Shown one piece after another: positions 30,703-39,847 of a DNA stretch of 64,000 bases. Under the pieces are notes generated by a model. That model was not told where the DNA came from, searched no databases, and saw nothing but the letters and a program-made list of their open reading frames with translations. Position 1 is the first letter of the stretch; every line of letters starts with the position of its first letter. The stretch comes from Candidatus Woesearchaeota archaeon. GTDB lineage: Archaea > Nanobdellota > Nanobdellia > UBA10117 > GCA-020343615. The stretch covers positions 855,273 through 919,272 of the forward strand of contig CP070803.1 in NCBI GenBank assembly GCA_020343615.1, written 5' to 3'. A program made the position numbers and the translations under genes.

Positions 30703-31299
30703 CTAATCAAATTTAACAGATAGAGCTTTTAGTTCCTTTTTTAATTGATTTATTGATTTAAACAGAATAGTTTTCATTCCTAACTCTTTTGCAGGAATTA
30801 AATGGTCCTCTTGATCATCAATAAATACACATTCTCTTGCAACTACACCTATTCTCTCTAAGGTCATTTCATATATTCTTTTTTCGGGCTTTATTATTCC
30901 TAACTCGTGTGAAAGAACAAGTACATCAAATTGAGAATACCATCCGAGCTTATTGAATCTTACTGTATGGTTTTTCTCTGAATTTGAAAGAATTGCAAGC
31001 TTATAATTTTTCTTGAGTTTTGAAATAAGTTCGGTCATCTCTTTAGTCGGTGCCCAAGTTGTTAGCCATATTTCTTTTATTTCTTTCATTTGTTTTTTAG
31101 AAATCGGAACCTGAAAGAATTTTCTAAAACACTCTTCAAGAGATTTACGACCTCTATTTAAATCCAAATCAAGTATAACTTTCTTATTAGAATTAAATTT
31201 TTTATTAATTCCTAGAATTTTATGAGAATTATTTACAAAATCAGCAACATTTCCTTTTAAATATACCTTTCCGACATCAAATATTATTGCTTTTATCAT
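30703..31299 (-). CDS. HAD-superfamily hydrolase
   Basis: IIFDVGKV (motif I), LSNS (motif II) and FIDD (motif IV). Confidence 0.7.
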   Translation of the reverse strand: MIKAIIFDVGKVYLKGNVADFVNNSHKILGINKKFNSNKKVILDLDLNRGRKSLEECFRKFFQVPISKKQMKEIKEIWLTTWAPTKEMTELISKLKKNYKLAILSNSEKNHTVRFNKLGWYSQFDVLVLSHELGIIKPEKRIYEMTLERIGVVARECVFIDDQEDHLIPAKELGMKTILFKSINQLKKELKALSVKFD

Positions 31300-31515
31300 A
31301 ACAACTTAAATACATTATAAATATAAAAATTTTCTATCTAGCCTTTTCTTTCCAGAATCCTAGAACACTGGTTCATATCAATTTCAACATCATGCTCGTA
31401 AACTGTTTTAACCAATACGCATAGATTATAACAAATACTTTTAAGGTATAGTTCATTAACTTGAGCCTGAAAGTTCCTAGATAGATTTTTATAAGATATT
31501 AGGAATCATTAAGTT

Positions 31516-32040
31516 ATGATTGAAGGAAGAGCTATTATTGAGAGTATAAAAAAGACAAGAGCCTCGGTAGAATCCTTAGGAGGTCAGTTCAAGAGTAATT
31601 ATATTGGAAGAGATATAATCTTTCTTCCTGAAAGAGAAGACTATAATTTAAGTGATGATTTCGTGAGAGTAAGAGTAAATATCAAAAGTAATTGGCCAAC
31701 TAAGAGGGTTATTTTAACTAGAAAACAGACAGACTTCAGAGAAATTGGAAAAGTGGATAATGTAATTCTCAGTGAAGAATTTGATACTGAAGAAGAAGCC
31801 TTTTCCTTTATAGAAAAGAACCTGCCAGAATTTCAAAAAGGATTTGAATACGAAAGAGAAGGCTGGCAATATCAACTTAAGCATAATAGAATCTTCATAG
31901 AAGATATTAAAGGTTGGAGACCTTCTGTTGAGATTGAAGCAAAGAGTGAGGAAGAATTGAAAGAGCTTTTTGATAAAATTGGAATTCTAGAATTAGTCAA
32001 AGATTCTATCCCTAAAATTATGAGACGAATTCTCAGATAG
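31516..32040 (+). CDS. CYTH-like (triphosphate tunnel) protein, tentative
   Basis: 174 aa. The C-terminal ..FIEDIKGW..SVEIEA.. resembles the CYTH terminal strands, but the N-terminal ExExK motif is not clear. Confidence 0.3.
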   Translation: MIEGRAIIESIKKTRASVESLGGQFKSNYIGRDIIFLPEREDYNLSDDFVRVRVNIKSNWPTKRVILTRKQTDFREIGKVDNVILSEEFDTEEEAFSFIEKNLPEFQKGFEYEREGWQYQLKHNRIFIEDIKGWRPSVEIEAKSEEELKELFDKIGILELVKDSIPKIMRRILR

Positions 32041-32073
32041 GTTTTTATAATTATTTAGACACTCATTATAATC

Positions 32074-32601
32074 ATGAGAAATTGGCTAGCTAAAACTAAA
32101 ACAAACCTCTCAGAGAAACTTAAAGATAAACCTACAGACAAAGAAAAAGATGAGAGACTTAAGTTAGAGAAATCAAGTAGAGATGGTTTTCTTGAGTTTA
32201 TTGTAAGTTATGCTAAGCTAGATGAAAAAACAAATGAAGGGTATGTTATGGGTTTTTATAAAGATACATATGTAATAAGCTTTGTGGGGAAAGAGTTATC
32301 TGAAAGTGAAAGTACAGATATAATTCCTTATGAAAACATTAAGAAAAGAATTAGTAAGGTCCCAGATTTTCTTTTCGTTATAGGAAGGGGAATAAAGGGA
32401 GCAAGTGTAGCTAAATATTTTACTGAAATGTTGGACGAGATGGAAATTAGTGATAAAGCTTCATGGGATTTTAAGGATTCCAACTATAAAACACCAGAGA
32501 GAAGTATCACGGAAGCTGAACTAAAAGAAGCTAAAAATCCAGTGGTTATATATCATTTAGAAAAACTAAAGAGATTATGCCCTAAAAAAGATTTAGATTA
32601 A
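32074..32601 (+). CDS. hypothetical protein
   Basis: 175 aa ORF. No recognisable motif. Confidence 0.3.
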   Translation: MRNWLAKTKTNLSEKLKDKPTDKEKDERLKLEKSSRDGFLEFIVSYAKLDEKTNEGYVMGFYKDTYVISFVGKELSESESTDIIPYENIKKRISKVPDFLFVIGRGIKGASVAKYFTEMLDEMEISDKASWDFKDSNYKTPERSITEAELKEAKNPVVIYHLEKLKRLCPKKDLD

Positions 32602-32609
32602 AAGAAGAC

Positions 32610-32634
32610 TAAAACCAAAGCTTATTTCTTCTTA
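32610..32634 (-). repeat. 25-nt repeat family, copy 4
   Basis: Reverse complement TAAGAAGAAATAAGCTTTGGTTTTA. Sits 9 nt after the stop of 32074..32601, between convergent genes. Confidence 0.75.
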
Positions 32635-32651
32635 TTTAGGATTAAAAAAAG

Positions 32652-33185
32652 TTAATTATTCTCTATTTCCTTCAGCACTTCTAATATGTGCTTCACAAAT
32701 ACTATACCTTCATCCTTACATTGTGTATTTCCAGATATTAAAATAGATTTACTATTCGTTATATCTGAGTCAACATAGTCAAAATTAATGAATGTGTCCC
32801 TTTTTGGCGGATTTGTTCTTGTCAGAGTCCATAACTCTGCTTCACCCACACTAAGTTTTTTAAAATATTTATCTTTGTCGGACATATCTTCAGTCTTACC
32901 AGGTATGAATACATATGTGTTCTCGTCTTCTTTAGATAATTTTCCAGGACCGAGATATAATATTTTTTCAGAAATTGAGTTACCACCTTTTATATTAACC
33001 ATCAAATACGCTCCTTTTGTACATGGGTGAAAAACTCCATGTTGAGCTCCATTTATAATTGAATCATTGTAGAACTTAAGTGCGTCGTCATATAATATTC
33101 GGATAATGTTTGTTGGACCTATATTCTTATGTTCAATCACATCTCCAAAGTTTTTCAATTTATTCTCTAGACTATCCTTTACCAT
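32652..33185 (-). CDS. hypothetical beta-rich protein
   Basis: 177 aa ORF. No recognisable motif. Confidence 0.3.
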   Translation of the reverse strand: MVKDSLENKLKNFGDVIEHKNIGPTNIIRILYDDALKFYNDSIINGAQHGVFHPCTKGAYLMVNIKGGNSISEKILYLGPGKLSKEDENTYVFIPGKTEDMSDKDKYFKKLSVGEAELWTLTRTNPPKRDTFINFDYVDSDITNSKSILISGNTQCKDEGIVFVKHILEVLKEIENN

Positions 33186-33236
33186 CTTACATCTTATTAT
33201 CTTCAGGTAAGAAATCTTTATATATTTTATTGGTTA

Positions 33237-33872
33237 GTGATAAATATGATGGAAACTAATGGTTCTAATCTTCCAGCTGCAGATCCTTCACCTTATCTTA
33301 TTCAATTAGATAAATTATTAGATAGTTCTGGGAATGATGAACTTATTCTGTATAATATCCAGCAATTCGCTAAAGACTTCTATGCTGGTGTAAAGGTACC
33401 ACGAACTATCTCACCGATGGAGGGATTAGCATTATTAGTTGATATGTACTCTAGAATTCCAGAAATTGAACCAGTAAAAGATATTAGAGGAGTAGTAAAT
33501 TTTGTTCTTGCCTGCCTTCACGATGTAACTAATGATGATGTCCTAGGAATGCCTGTAACTATATTTAGAAAAGAAGACGATGAACACCCTTACGAACTCG
33601 GATGGTTAGTGAATAGGCAAGAAGAAGGCAGAGTTGATTTATTTCTTCCTGACAACTATTCAATTTTAGATATATACAAAAAAGACAATTTAGGAAGTAA
33701 ACATCTAATGCTAGATGCGAAAGCTCTAAAGAAAGTCGGACCGTATGGAAAAGTAAAATTTAGTGAGAGAAGAGAAAGACCGCCAGAGTCCATAATGTTC
33801 AGAGGATTTGCAATTGCAAATGAAGATATTGGAAAAACATTAGATCAATTTTATAAGGTTGATAAAAACTAA
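33237..33872 (+). CDS. hypothetical protein
   Basis: 211 aa ORF. No recognisable motif. The stop codon is embedded in repeat copy 5. Confidence 0.3.
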   Translation: MINMMETNGSNLPAADPSPYLIQLDKLLDSSGNDELILYNIQQFAKDFYAGVKVPRTISPMEGLALLVDMYSRIPEIEPVKDIRGVVNFVLACLHDVTNDDVLGMPVTIFRKEDDEHPYELGWLVNRQEEGRVDLFLPDNYSILDIYKKDNLGSKHLMLDAKALKKVGPYGKVKFSERRERPPESIMFRGFAIANEDIGKTLDQFYKVDKN

Positions 33873-33893
33873 ACCAGAGCTTATTTCTTCTTA
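33870..33893 (-). repeat. 25-nt repeat family, copy 5
   Basis: Reverse complement TAAGAAGAAATAAGCTCTGGTTTA (one T shorter). Overlaps the stop TAA at 33870-33872. Confidence 0.75.
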
Positions 33894-33948
33894 GAAAGCT
33901 TTTTAACATTTATTCTTATGTAAGATTTTACCATAATTAAATAACAAA

Positions 33949-34344
33949 ATGGTAGAATTCACTAATGTAAATAATAAATTAGTTACAATGGCAGATTTAC
34001 CTATTAAGAATATGGTAAAGTTTCGGAAAAATTTAGAGAATATGCTAAAAGAAGAGTTTACATTTGAAAAGAATACTGATCGTCTATCTTTATATACTAT
34101 AAAAATTACTGGGATTAAAGAAGAGGGATCAACAAACATATTACTCCCTCCAATAAATTATAATATATCTGTAGGTCCGATAGAAATAGAACATAATAAA
34201 AGACTAAAGATAGAAGAACATAATAAAAGACTAAAGATAGAAAGATATAATCCTGAAGTTACTGATATCTTTAGTTACGGGATTGAAGAGTATATACGGA
34301 GATTAGCAAAAATAACATCTGATGCTGCTGATAAGTCAAATTAA
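33949..34344 (+). CDS. hypothetical protein containing a perfect 9-aa duplication
   Basis: 131 aa ORF. EHNKRLKIE is repeated twice, encoded by the 27-bp tandem repeat. Confidence 0.3.
   Translation: MVEFTNVNNKLVTMADLPIKNMVKFRKNLENMLKEEFTFEKNTDRLSLYTIKITGIKEEGSTNILLPPINYNISVGPIEIEHNKRLKIEEHNKRLKIERYNPEVTDIFSYGIEEYIRRLAKITSDAADKSN
34189..34242 (+). repeat. perfect 2 x 27-bp tandem duplication
   Basis: GAACATAATAAAAGACTAAAGATAGAA occurs at 34189-34215 and again at 34216-34242. Confidence 0.9.
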
Positions 34345-34345
34345 A

Positions 34346-36271
34346 CTAGAAAAATATACTGATAATTCCTACTGGCTCTGCATCAATATCTCTAATAAGT
34401 TCCATAACAAGTGTGAATTTCTTACTCCTGCCTTGTTTATCTTTTAGAACTACTTTTTTTACTAGCGGTGTTCTGCTAAGAGCTGTTTCTTTAATCCACT
34501 TCTTTAAGTTCTCTCTTTCTTTCTCATCAGCCATAAGCTCTTCGATACCTTTTGGTGCATTTTCTTCCTCGTTAAAGAAGTCAGCTAACTTATATCCTAA
34601 CTCTGAGGTAACTTGATTGTTTAAAGATGAAATATTTCCTTCTTCATCAGTCAGAATCACTAGAGCATTAGCATTAAGCTCTACTGGTGCTTCTTTAATT
34701 ACTGGTTTTTCTTCCTTAATTTCTGGTAATTCTTTTGGTACTTCTTTAGGTAATTCCTCTGGTTCTTCTTTTGGTACTCCCTTGGGTTCTTCTTTATGCT
34801 GTTTTTTTAATTCTTCTATTTCCTTTGATTTTTCTTTCGTTGCTTTTTCGTGTTCTTTTTTTAAGCCTTCTATTTCACTTACTTTCTCTTTTGTTACTCT
34901 TTCAGTTTGTTTTTTAAATTCATCTATAGCCTTTGATTTTTCAGCTACTAATTTCTTTAAACTCTCAATCTCATAAACTTTATCTTTTAGAGAATATCGT
35001 AGGTCTTCTATTGTTTCTTCAGATTCACTTAAGTCTTTTCTATGGGAAATATCTCTCAGTATTAAAATCAAAGAAGGTTTTTTATTATATAGAACCTTGG
35101 TCATTCTAACTTCTAGATACAGTTTTTTCCTATTCTTGGTTCTTGCTTCTAATTCAAAATCAGACCTTTCTTCTTCACTACTTAATTGTTTTTTGAGTAA
35201 TTTCTGGGATGTCTTTATTAGTACTTTATATACATCTTTTAATTCATCTTTACTATAGCCGAGCATATTATAAAAATAATCATTTGCAAATACTACTTTC
35301 TTTGATTGAAATATTAATACACCTACAGGTGTATTTTGGGATAAAAACTGGTATTTTCTCTTAAAGTTATCAATTAATTCTTCGTATTTATATTTATAAT
35401 TTTCAGCTTCTTCTTTTTCTTTTTTAATTCGTAGAAGTAACTGCTTTAGAGCCTTATCATCAAGTTTTAGGTTAGAACCATGTTTTTTTGTATAATCTTT
35501 ATAATCTTCTTCAAGTCCCTTAAATTCTTCTCTTATTTTATTTATATTCTCTTCTTTTTCTTTTAACTTAGCTGTTGTTTTTTTGTATTTTTCTCTTAAT
35601 TCATCTAACTTTATGGAAGTTTCATGAAATTTTTCCTTGTAAGAATATAGATCATTATCAGTGATTTTCAAGTTATCTGATCTCTCCTTAAGTTCGTCTT
35701 TTATTTTATTGTAATCGTCTTTTATTGCATTCAATTCAGTAGAAACTTTAGCATACTTTTCTTTGAGTAGATCCAATGTGTTTTTTATGACTTTTAATTT
35801 CTCTACTTTCGCTTTAAAATTATCTTTTAACTTTTCGTGTTCTTCTTCTATTTTATTTAATCTCAGAGAAGATCCTTCATATTTCAGAGTAGTTTCTTCT
35901 AATGCTTTTTCAGTGGAATCTAGATTCTTTGACTTTTCTTTGAGTTCTTCCTCTGTTTTTTTGTTTTTCTCTTTGAGTTCCTTCAGATTTGAACTTGACT
36001 CTTCGTATTTTTGCTTATAGGAATCAAGTTCTTCTTCAACTTTGTTTAATCTTTCGTAGGCTTTATCTCTAACTATTTTTGTCCTTCTATTAATAACCTC
36101 TAACTCTTTTTCTAGAATGGATAATTGTTTACGCTCTTCACTTATCTCTATTTGATTATTAATAGCCTCTTCTAGAAATTCAGAAATATGCTGATTATTT
36201 ATCTTAGCTGCTTCTATCGCTGCTTTATAAACTCGGGGGTTTATTATTACATCAGAATCTTTATCCCTCAT
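34346..36271 (-). CDS. large coiled-coil protein with PAS-like domains
   Basis: 641 aa. Long E/K heptad region plus two PAS-like segments (..VVFANDYFYNMLGYSKDEL.. and ..ISSLNNQVTSELGYKLADF..). Confidence 0.5.
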   Translation of the reverse strand: MRDKDSDVIINPRVYKAAIEAAKINNQHISEFLEEAINNQIEISEERKQLSILEKELEVINRRTKIVRDKAYERLNKVEEELDSYKQKYEESSSNLKELKEKNKKTEEELKEKSKNLDSTEKALEETTLKYEGSSLRLNKIEEEHEKLKDNFKAKVEKLKVIKNTLDLLKEKYAKVSTELNAIKDDYNKIKDELKERSDNLKITDNDLYSYKEKFHETSIKLDELREKYKKTTAKLKEKEENINKIREEFKGLEEDYKDYTKKHGSNLKLDDKALKQLLLRIKKEKEEAENYKYKYEELIDNFKRKYQFLSQNTPVGVLIFQSKKVVFANDYFYNMLGYSKDELKDVYKVLIKTSQKLLKKQLSSEEERSDFELEARTKNRKKLYLEVRMTKVLYNKKPSLILILRDISHRKDLSESEETIEDLRYSLKDKVYEIESLKKLVAEKSKAIDEFKKQTERVTKEKVSEIEGLKKEHEKATKEKSKEIEELKKQHKEEPKGVPKEEPEELPKEVPKELPEIKEEKPVIKEAPVELNANALVILTDEEGNISSLNNQVTSELGYKLADFFNEEENAPKGIEELMADEKERENLKKWIKETALSRTPLVKKVVLKDKQGRSKKFTLVMELIRDIDAEPVGIISIFF

Positions 36272-36329
36272 GTATAATAAAAGAAATATGTTAATATATT
36301 AAGTTTTGCTATGACTACTAAAAAACAAA

Positions 36330-36602
36330 TTAACCTATAGCCCTTCTTACATCCTGTACTTCAATTGTTGAAACTTCAGGTATTGATTCTAATGCTTCTT
36401 CTAGACTTGTGATTCCCTTGCTTTCTTCACTTATTACTATCAACATTAGTGCATTAAGTCCAAAAGCAACTGGTTGAATTTCATGTTGTGCTATTGTTGC
36501 TCCCTGTTCTGCTGCCTTCTTATCGCAAGACTCTAGTAATTTTTTTATATTGGTCTCAGCGTCTTCAGGCATTACTTTTATTTTTATCAACACTTCTGCC
36601 AT
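36330..36602 (-). CDS. translation elongation factor aEF-1 beta
   Basis: 90 aa. ..IKVMPED.......L...........I.P.AFGL.AL......E.........E..E....V...EV..V.R pattern. Confidence 0.85.
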   Translation of the reverse strand: MAEVLIKIKVMPEDAETNIKKLLESCDKKAAEQGATIAQHEIQPVAFGLNALMLIVISEESKGITSLEEALESIPEVSTIEVQDVRRAIG

Positions 36603-36772
36603 TAGGGTCCCTCAAACTTACATTTCGAGCATCTGTATTTTATAGCTTTTTTTCTGCATTCTCCACATCTTATTATAATTACTTCTAAACAATTCGGACA
36701 AGTAAAGGATACAGAACTAGGATCATTTATTATTCTCTTTTTACAACTTGTGCACTCTTTTTCTTTTACCAT
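36602..36772 (-). CDS. zinc-ribbon protein (COG2888-like), 56 aa, not in ORF track
   Basis: MVKEKECTSCKKRI..FTCPNC...IIRCGECRK....YRCSKC. Its stop overlaps the aEF-1beta ATG (TAATG), the gene pairing usual in archaea. Confidence 0.65.
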   Translation of the reverse strand: MVKEKECTSCKKRIINDPSSVSFTCPNCLEVIIIRCGECRKKAIKYRCSKCKFEGP

Positions 36773-36803
36773 TAGAGAAAGAACGGATTAATAGGTATTA
36801 AAA

Positions 36804-37325
36804 ATGTTTCGATATTTTGTGTATCCTAAGAGAGCATTAGTAAGTTTTATTAATCGTGCTTTGTTTTTATTTGAAATTATGTTAACAAAATACTTTATTA
36901 CATTTATTCTAAGCGGAACTCCTGTTTCTGAATGCAGAGGAGCCATAATTTATGGTCTAGCTAATGGTCTTAATCCGTGGTTAGTCTTGATACTCGCTAT
37001 AATTGGGAATATTATAGTGATACCTATAACCTTCTGGCTTCTGAAGCTTGCTCATTTCAGGAAGATAATTTTTCGCTTATTTAAGGAACGGGCTGTGTCT
37101 AAAATAAAGAAATACAGGAAGAAATTCGAATTATATGAAGAGCTAGCCCTTCTATTCTTCGTTGCTATACCTTTACCAGTAACAGGAGGATTTACAGGTA
37201 TACTTATTTCAGAAATTTTAGATCTTAATAGAAAAAAAGCAACTGTGGTAATAAGTATAGGCGTAATACTTGCTGCAATAATTGTGTTTATAGGCTCAGA
37301 ATTAGGCTTATTATTTTTCAAATAA
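36804..37325 (+). CDS. small polytopic membrane protein (COG2426-like), tentative
   Basis: 173 aa with 4-5 TM helices and a ..SECRGAIIYGL.. motif. The true start may be the internal ATG. Confidence 0.4.
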   Translation: MFRYFVYPKRALVSFINRALFLFEIMLTKYFITFILSGTPVSECRGAIIYGLANGLNPWLVLILAIIGNIIVIPITFWLLKLAHFRKIIFRLFKERAVSKIKKYRKKFELYEELALLFFVAIPLPVTGGFTGILISEILDLNRKKATVVISIGVILAAIIVFIGSELGLLFFK

Positions 37326-37360
37326 ATTAATTTTTAAAGATTAGTCTTTATTCTTAATCT

Positions 37361-38515
37361 ATGAAAATAAAACAACAAGTAGATGATTTTAAAGTAGAAG
37401 AACTAATAGATATAAAAGAGTCAAAGGAAGGAGATTATACTTATTTCTGGCTTGAAAAGAAAAACTGGAATACTACTCGAGCTATAAAGCAAATATCAAG
37501 AAAATGTGGAGTTAGTATAAAGAGATTCGGTTGGGCAGGCACAAAAGATAAGACAGGAGTAACAAAACAATTAGTTTCTGTTTGGAAAATTGAACCTAAA
37601 ATTCTTAAGAATATAAAATTAAAAGATATAGAAATAAGCATTAAAGGTAGGGGTAATAAAAGAATAAATCTTGGTGACCTAAAAGCTAATAGATTCAATA
37701 TAGTTATAAGAGGTCTTACTGATGATAATTTATCTATTTTAGAAAATCAGATTAAATTTGTAAAAAAACATGGTTTTCCTAATTATTTTGGAGAGCAAAG
37801 ATTCGGTAGAGGTAATACACATTTAGTTGGAAAAGAAATCATAAAGGGTAGAATACAGCGCGCTGTAAAATTAATTTTAACATATTCTTCAACTGAGAGT
37901 GAAGAGGGTAAAAAAGCAAGAAAATTTGCTGAAGAGAAATGGGGGAAATGGAGTGAGATTATTAAAATTATGCCTAAGTGGTTCCATATTGAGAAAGCAA
38001 TATTAAATCATCTAATACAACATGAGAATGATTTTGCTGGAGCCATACGATGTCTTCCTAAAAAAACCTTAAAACTCTATGTTCATGCTTACCAAAGCTA
38101 TTTTTTTAATTTGATATTGTTTAAAATACTTTCAGAAACAAGCAATAATAAGAAGATAAAAATAAAGGGTCTGGGAGTTTGCTTTCCATTAAGTAAATTT
38201 AAGGTTCCTAAAGAACTCCCTCTTCCTGGATACGAAACTAAATTAAAAAGTGATGCTTGTTCTAAAATATTAAAGTCTCTGTTAAAAAAAGAAGAAATAG
38301 AGTTAGAAGACTTCAAATGTAAAAGAACGCCTGAACTAAAATCAGAAGGGACCAAAAGGGAAACGTTTGTAAAGCCTTTAAAGCTTAAGGTAGGAAAAAT
38401 GGAAAAGGACGAATTAAATTCGAAAAAGAAAAAAATAAGTTTAAAATTTGACCTACCTTCAGGAAGCTATGCTACTGTATTAATAAGAAGTTTGTTCTTA
38501 GAGGATCTAAGATGA
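37361..38515 (+). CDS. truD: tRNA pseudouridine synthase TruD/Pus7 family
   Basis: FKVEE near the N-terminus, GTKDK.GVT.Q catalytic motif (WAGTKDKTGVTKQ) and NYFG.QRFG. Confidence 0.85.
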   Translation: MKIKQQVDDFKVEELIDIKESKEGDYTYFWLEKKNWNTTRAIKQISRKCGVSIKRFGWAGTKDKTGVTKQLVSVWKIEPKILKNIKLKDIEISIKGRGNKRINLGDLKANRFNIVIRGLTDDNLSILENQIKFVKKHGFPNYFGEQRFGRGNTHLVGKEIIKGRIQRAVKLILTYSSTESEEGKKARKFAEEKWGKWSEIIKIMPKWFHIEKAILNHLIQHENDFAGAIRCLPKKTLKLYVHAYQSYFFNLILFKILSETSNNKKIKIKGLGVCFPLSKFKVPKELPLPGYETKLKSDACSKILKSLLKKEEIELEDFKCKRTPELKSEGTKRETFVKPLKLKVGKMEKDELNSKKKKISLKFDLPSGSYATVLIRSLFLEDLR

Positions 38516-38931
38516 AGTATTGGAGGAGAATTGCTATATTTACTTTGAAAGATGAAAAAGGAAGGTTTCTTCTTCTATTGAGAGACAAAAATGTTAAAGA
38601 CTTAACTCATTACTGGGCCTTTATTGGAGGCGGTATAGAAGAAGGGGAAACGCCTGAAGAAGCAGTTATGAGGGAGGCTGAAGAAGAAATAGGGATTAGG
38701 CCTAATTTAAGGTCCTTTAAGGAGTATGATGATCTTCATTACAAAGATAATCTTTACCAAGCATTTGTTTTTATTGGGAAGCTAGAACATCCTTTAGAGC
38801 AACTTAAAAAACAACAGACTGAAGGAGAGGATTTAGGATTATTTTCAATTGACGAGATTAAAAAGTTAAAAATTCATGATGGTGATATGACTGTCTGGAA
38901 GGATATATTCAAAAATGAAGAAGAAGAATAG
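38512..38931 (+). CDS. NUDIX hydrolase
   Basis: Nudix box GGGIEEGETPEEAVMREAEEEIG. Confidence 0.8.
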   Translation: MKYWRRIAIFTLKDEKGRFLLLLRDKNVKDLTHYWAFIGGGIEEGETPEEAVMREAEEEIGIRPNLRSFKEYDDLHYKDNLYQAFVFIGKLEHPLEQLKKQQTEGEDLGLFSIDEIKKLKIHDGDMTVWKDIFKNEEEE

Positions 38932-39847
38932 AATATTGGTTTTCGGATTGCTTGCATTCGCTTCTATACTCAGATTTATTCCTCTGTACAGAAGTAGGGG
39001 TCTAATGAATCTTGAAAATTTCATATCTAATCTATTAGCTATAGTTATGGGAATACCTATATTAATTTTGATATACTTAATTGCCAAGAAAGCGAGCAAA
39101 AATGAAAAAGCTGCTTTGTTCAGTCTTGCTCTAGCAAGTGTAATTCCTTTTTATTCTTGGATAATAAGTAATGCTCTAAGTAGTGCTATAGGGATCTTCT
39201 TTTTCTTTTTGATTGTTTATTTACTGCCTCGACTAAAGGAGAAGAAAGTCTATCTTATACTTATAGGTTTACTTCTCTTATACACCTTATTTAATCCTTG
39301 TTCATGGATTATGATACCTCTCTTGATTATCTACTATATTCTAATAAGAGTGGAACATCTTAAAAAAGATAAAATAGAGGACTATTTTTTATATATAGCT
39401 ACTATTGGTCTTGTGTTGCTGACTCTTGCGCTCTCTTATTCCGGGTCAATACTTTATGTTTTTAGAACCGAGTTCTTAAAATTTTTACATCTAAGCTACT
39501 CTTTAGGCGCGATTAATAAATTCAATCTAGATGATTTATTTTATCTAATCGGACCATTGCCAGTATTATTTGGATTAATAGGCGCATATTTAGCCATGAA
39601 GAAGAATGACAGAATAGCTTTATTGCTTTTTTCTGCAATAGGAAGTTCTTTTATAGTCACTCTATATCTTGGAAGTATATTTGCATATGTTATTTTTAGC
39701 TTATCAATGGCCTGTTTAGCTAGTTTTGCATATTTATTCATAAAGGACAGACTAGAGCAGTCAAGACTTACTAAATTTACAAATAGTATTCTAATAGTTA
39801 TAGTGTTACTAATACTTATATTTGGAATAAACAGATGGATCCTATAG
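38915..39847 (+). CDS. polytopic membrane protein, unknown function
   Basis: 310 aa with about 9 hydrophobic helices. Confidence 0.4.
   Translation: MKKKNRILVFGLLAFASILRFIPLYRSRGLMNLENFISNLLAIVMGIPILILIYLIAKKASKNEKAALFSLALASVIPFYSWIISNALSSAIGIFFFFLIVYLLPRLKEKKVYLILIGLLLLYTLFNPCSWIMIPLLIIYYILIRVEHLKKDKIEDYFLYIATIGLVLLTLALSYSGSILYVFRTEFLKFLHLSYSLGAINKFNLDDLFYLIGPLPVLFGLIGAYLAMKKNDRIALLLFSAIGSSFIVTLYLGSIFAYVIFSLSMACLASFAYLFIKDRLEQSRLTKFTNSILIVIVLLILIFGINRWIL

Noticed and set aside
31300-31515. The unusually long 216-nt spacer as a candidate ncRNA or small ORF (a 27-aa minus-strand ORF, and a repeated TCCTAGA).
   Set aside because: I could not draw a convincing conserved structure. The small ORF has no start context and the 7-nt repeat is too short to be meaningful without comparative data.
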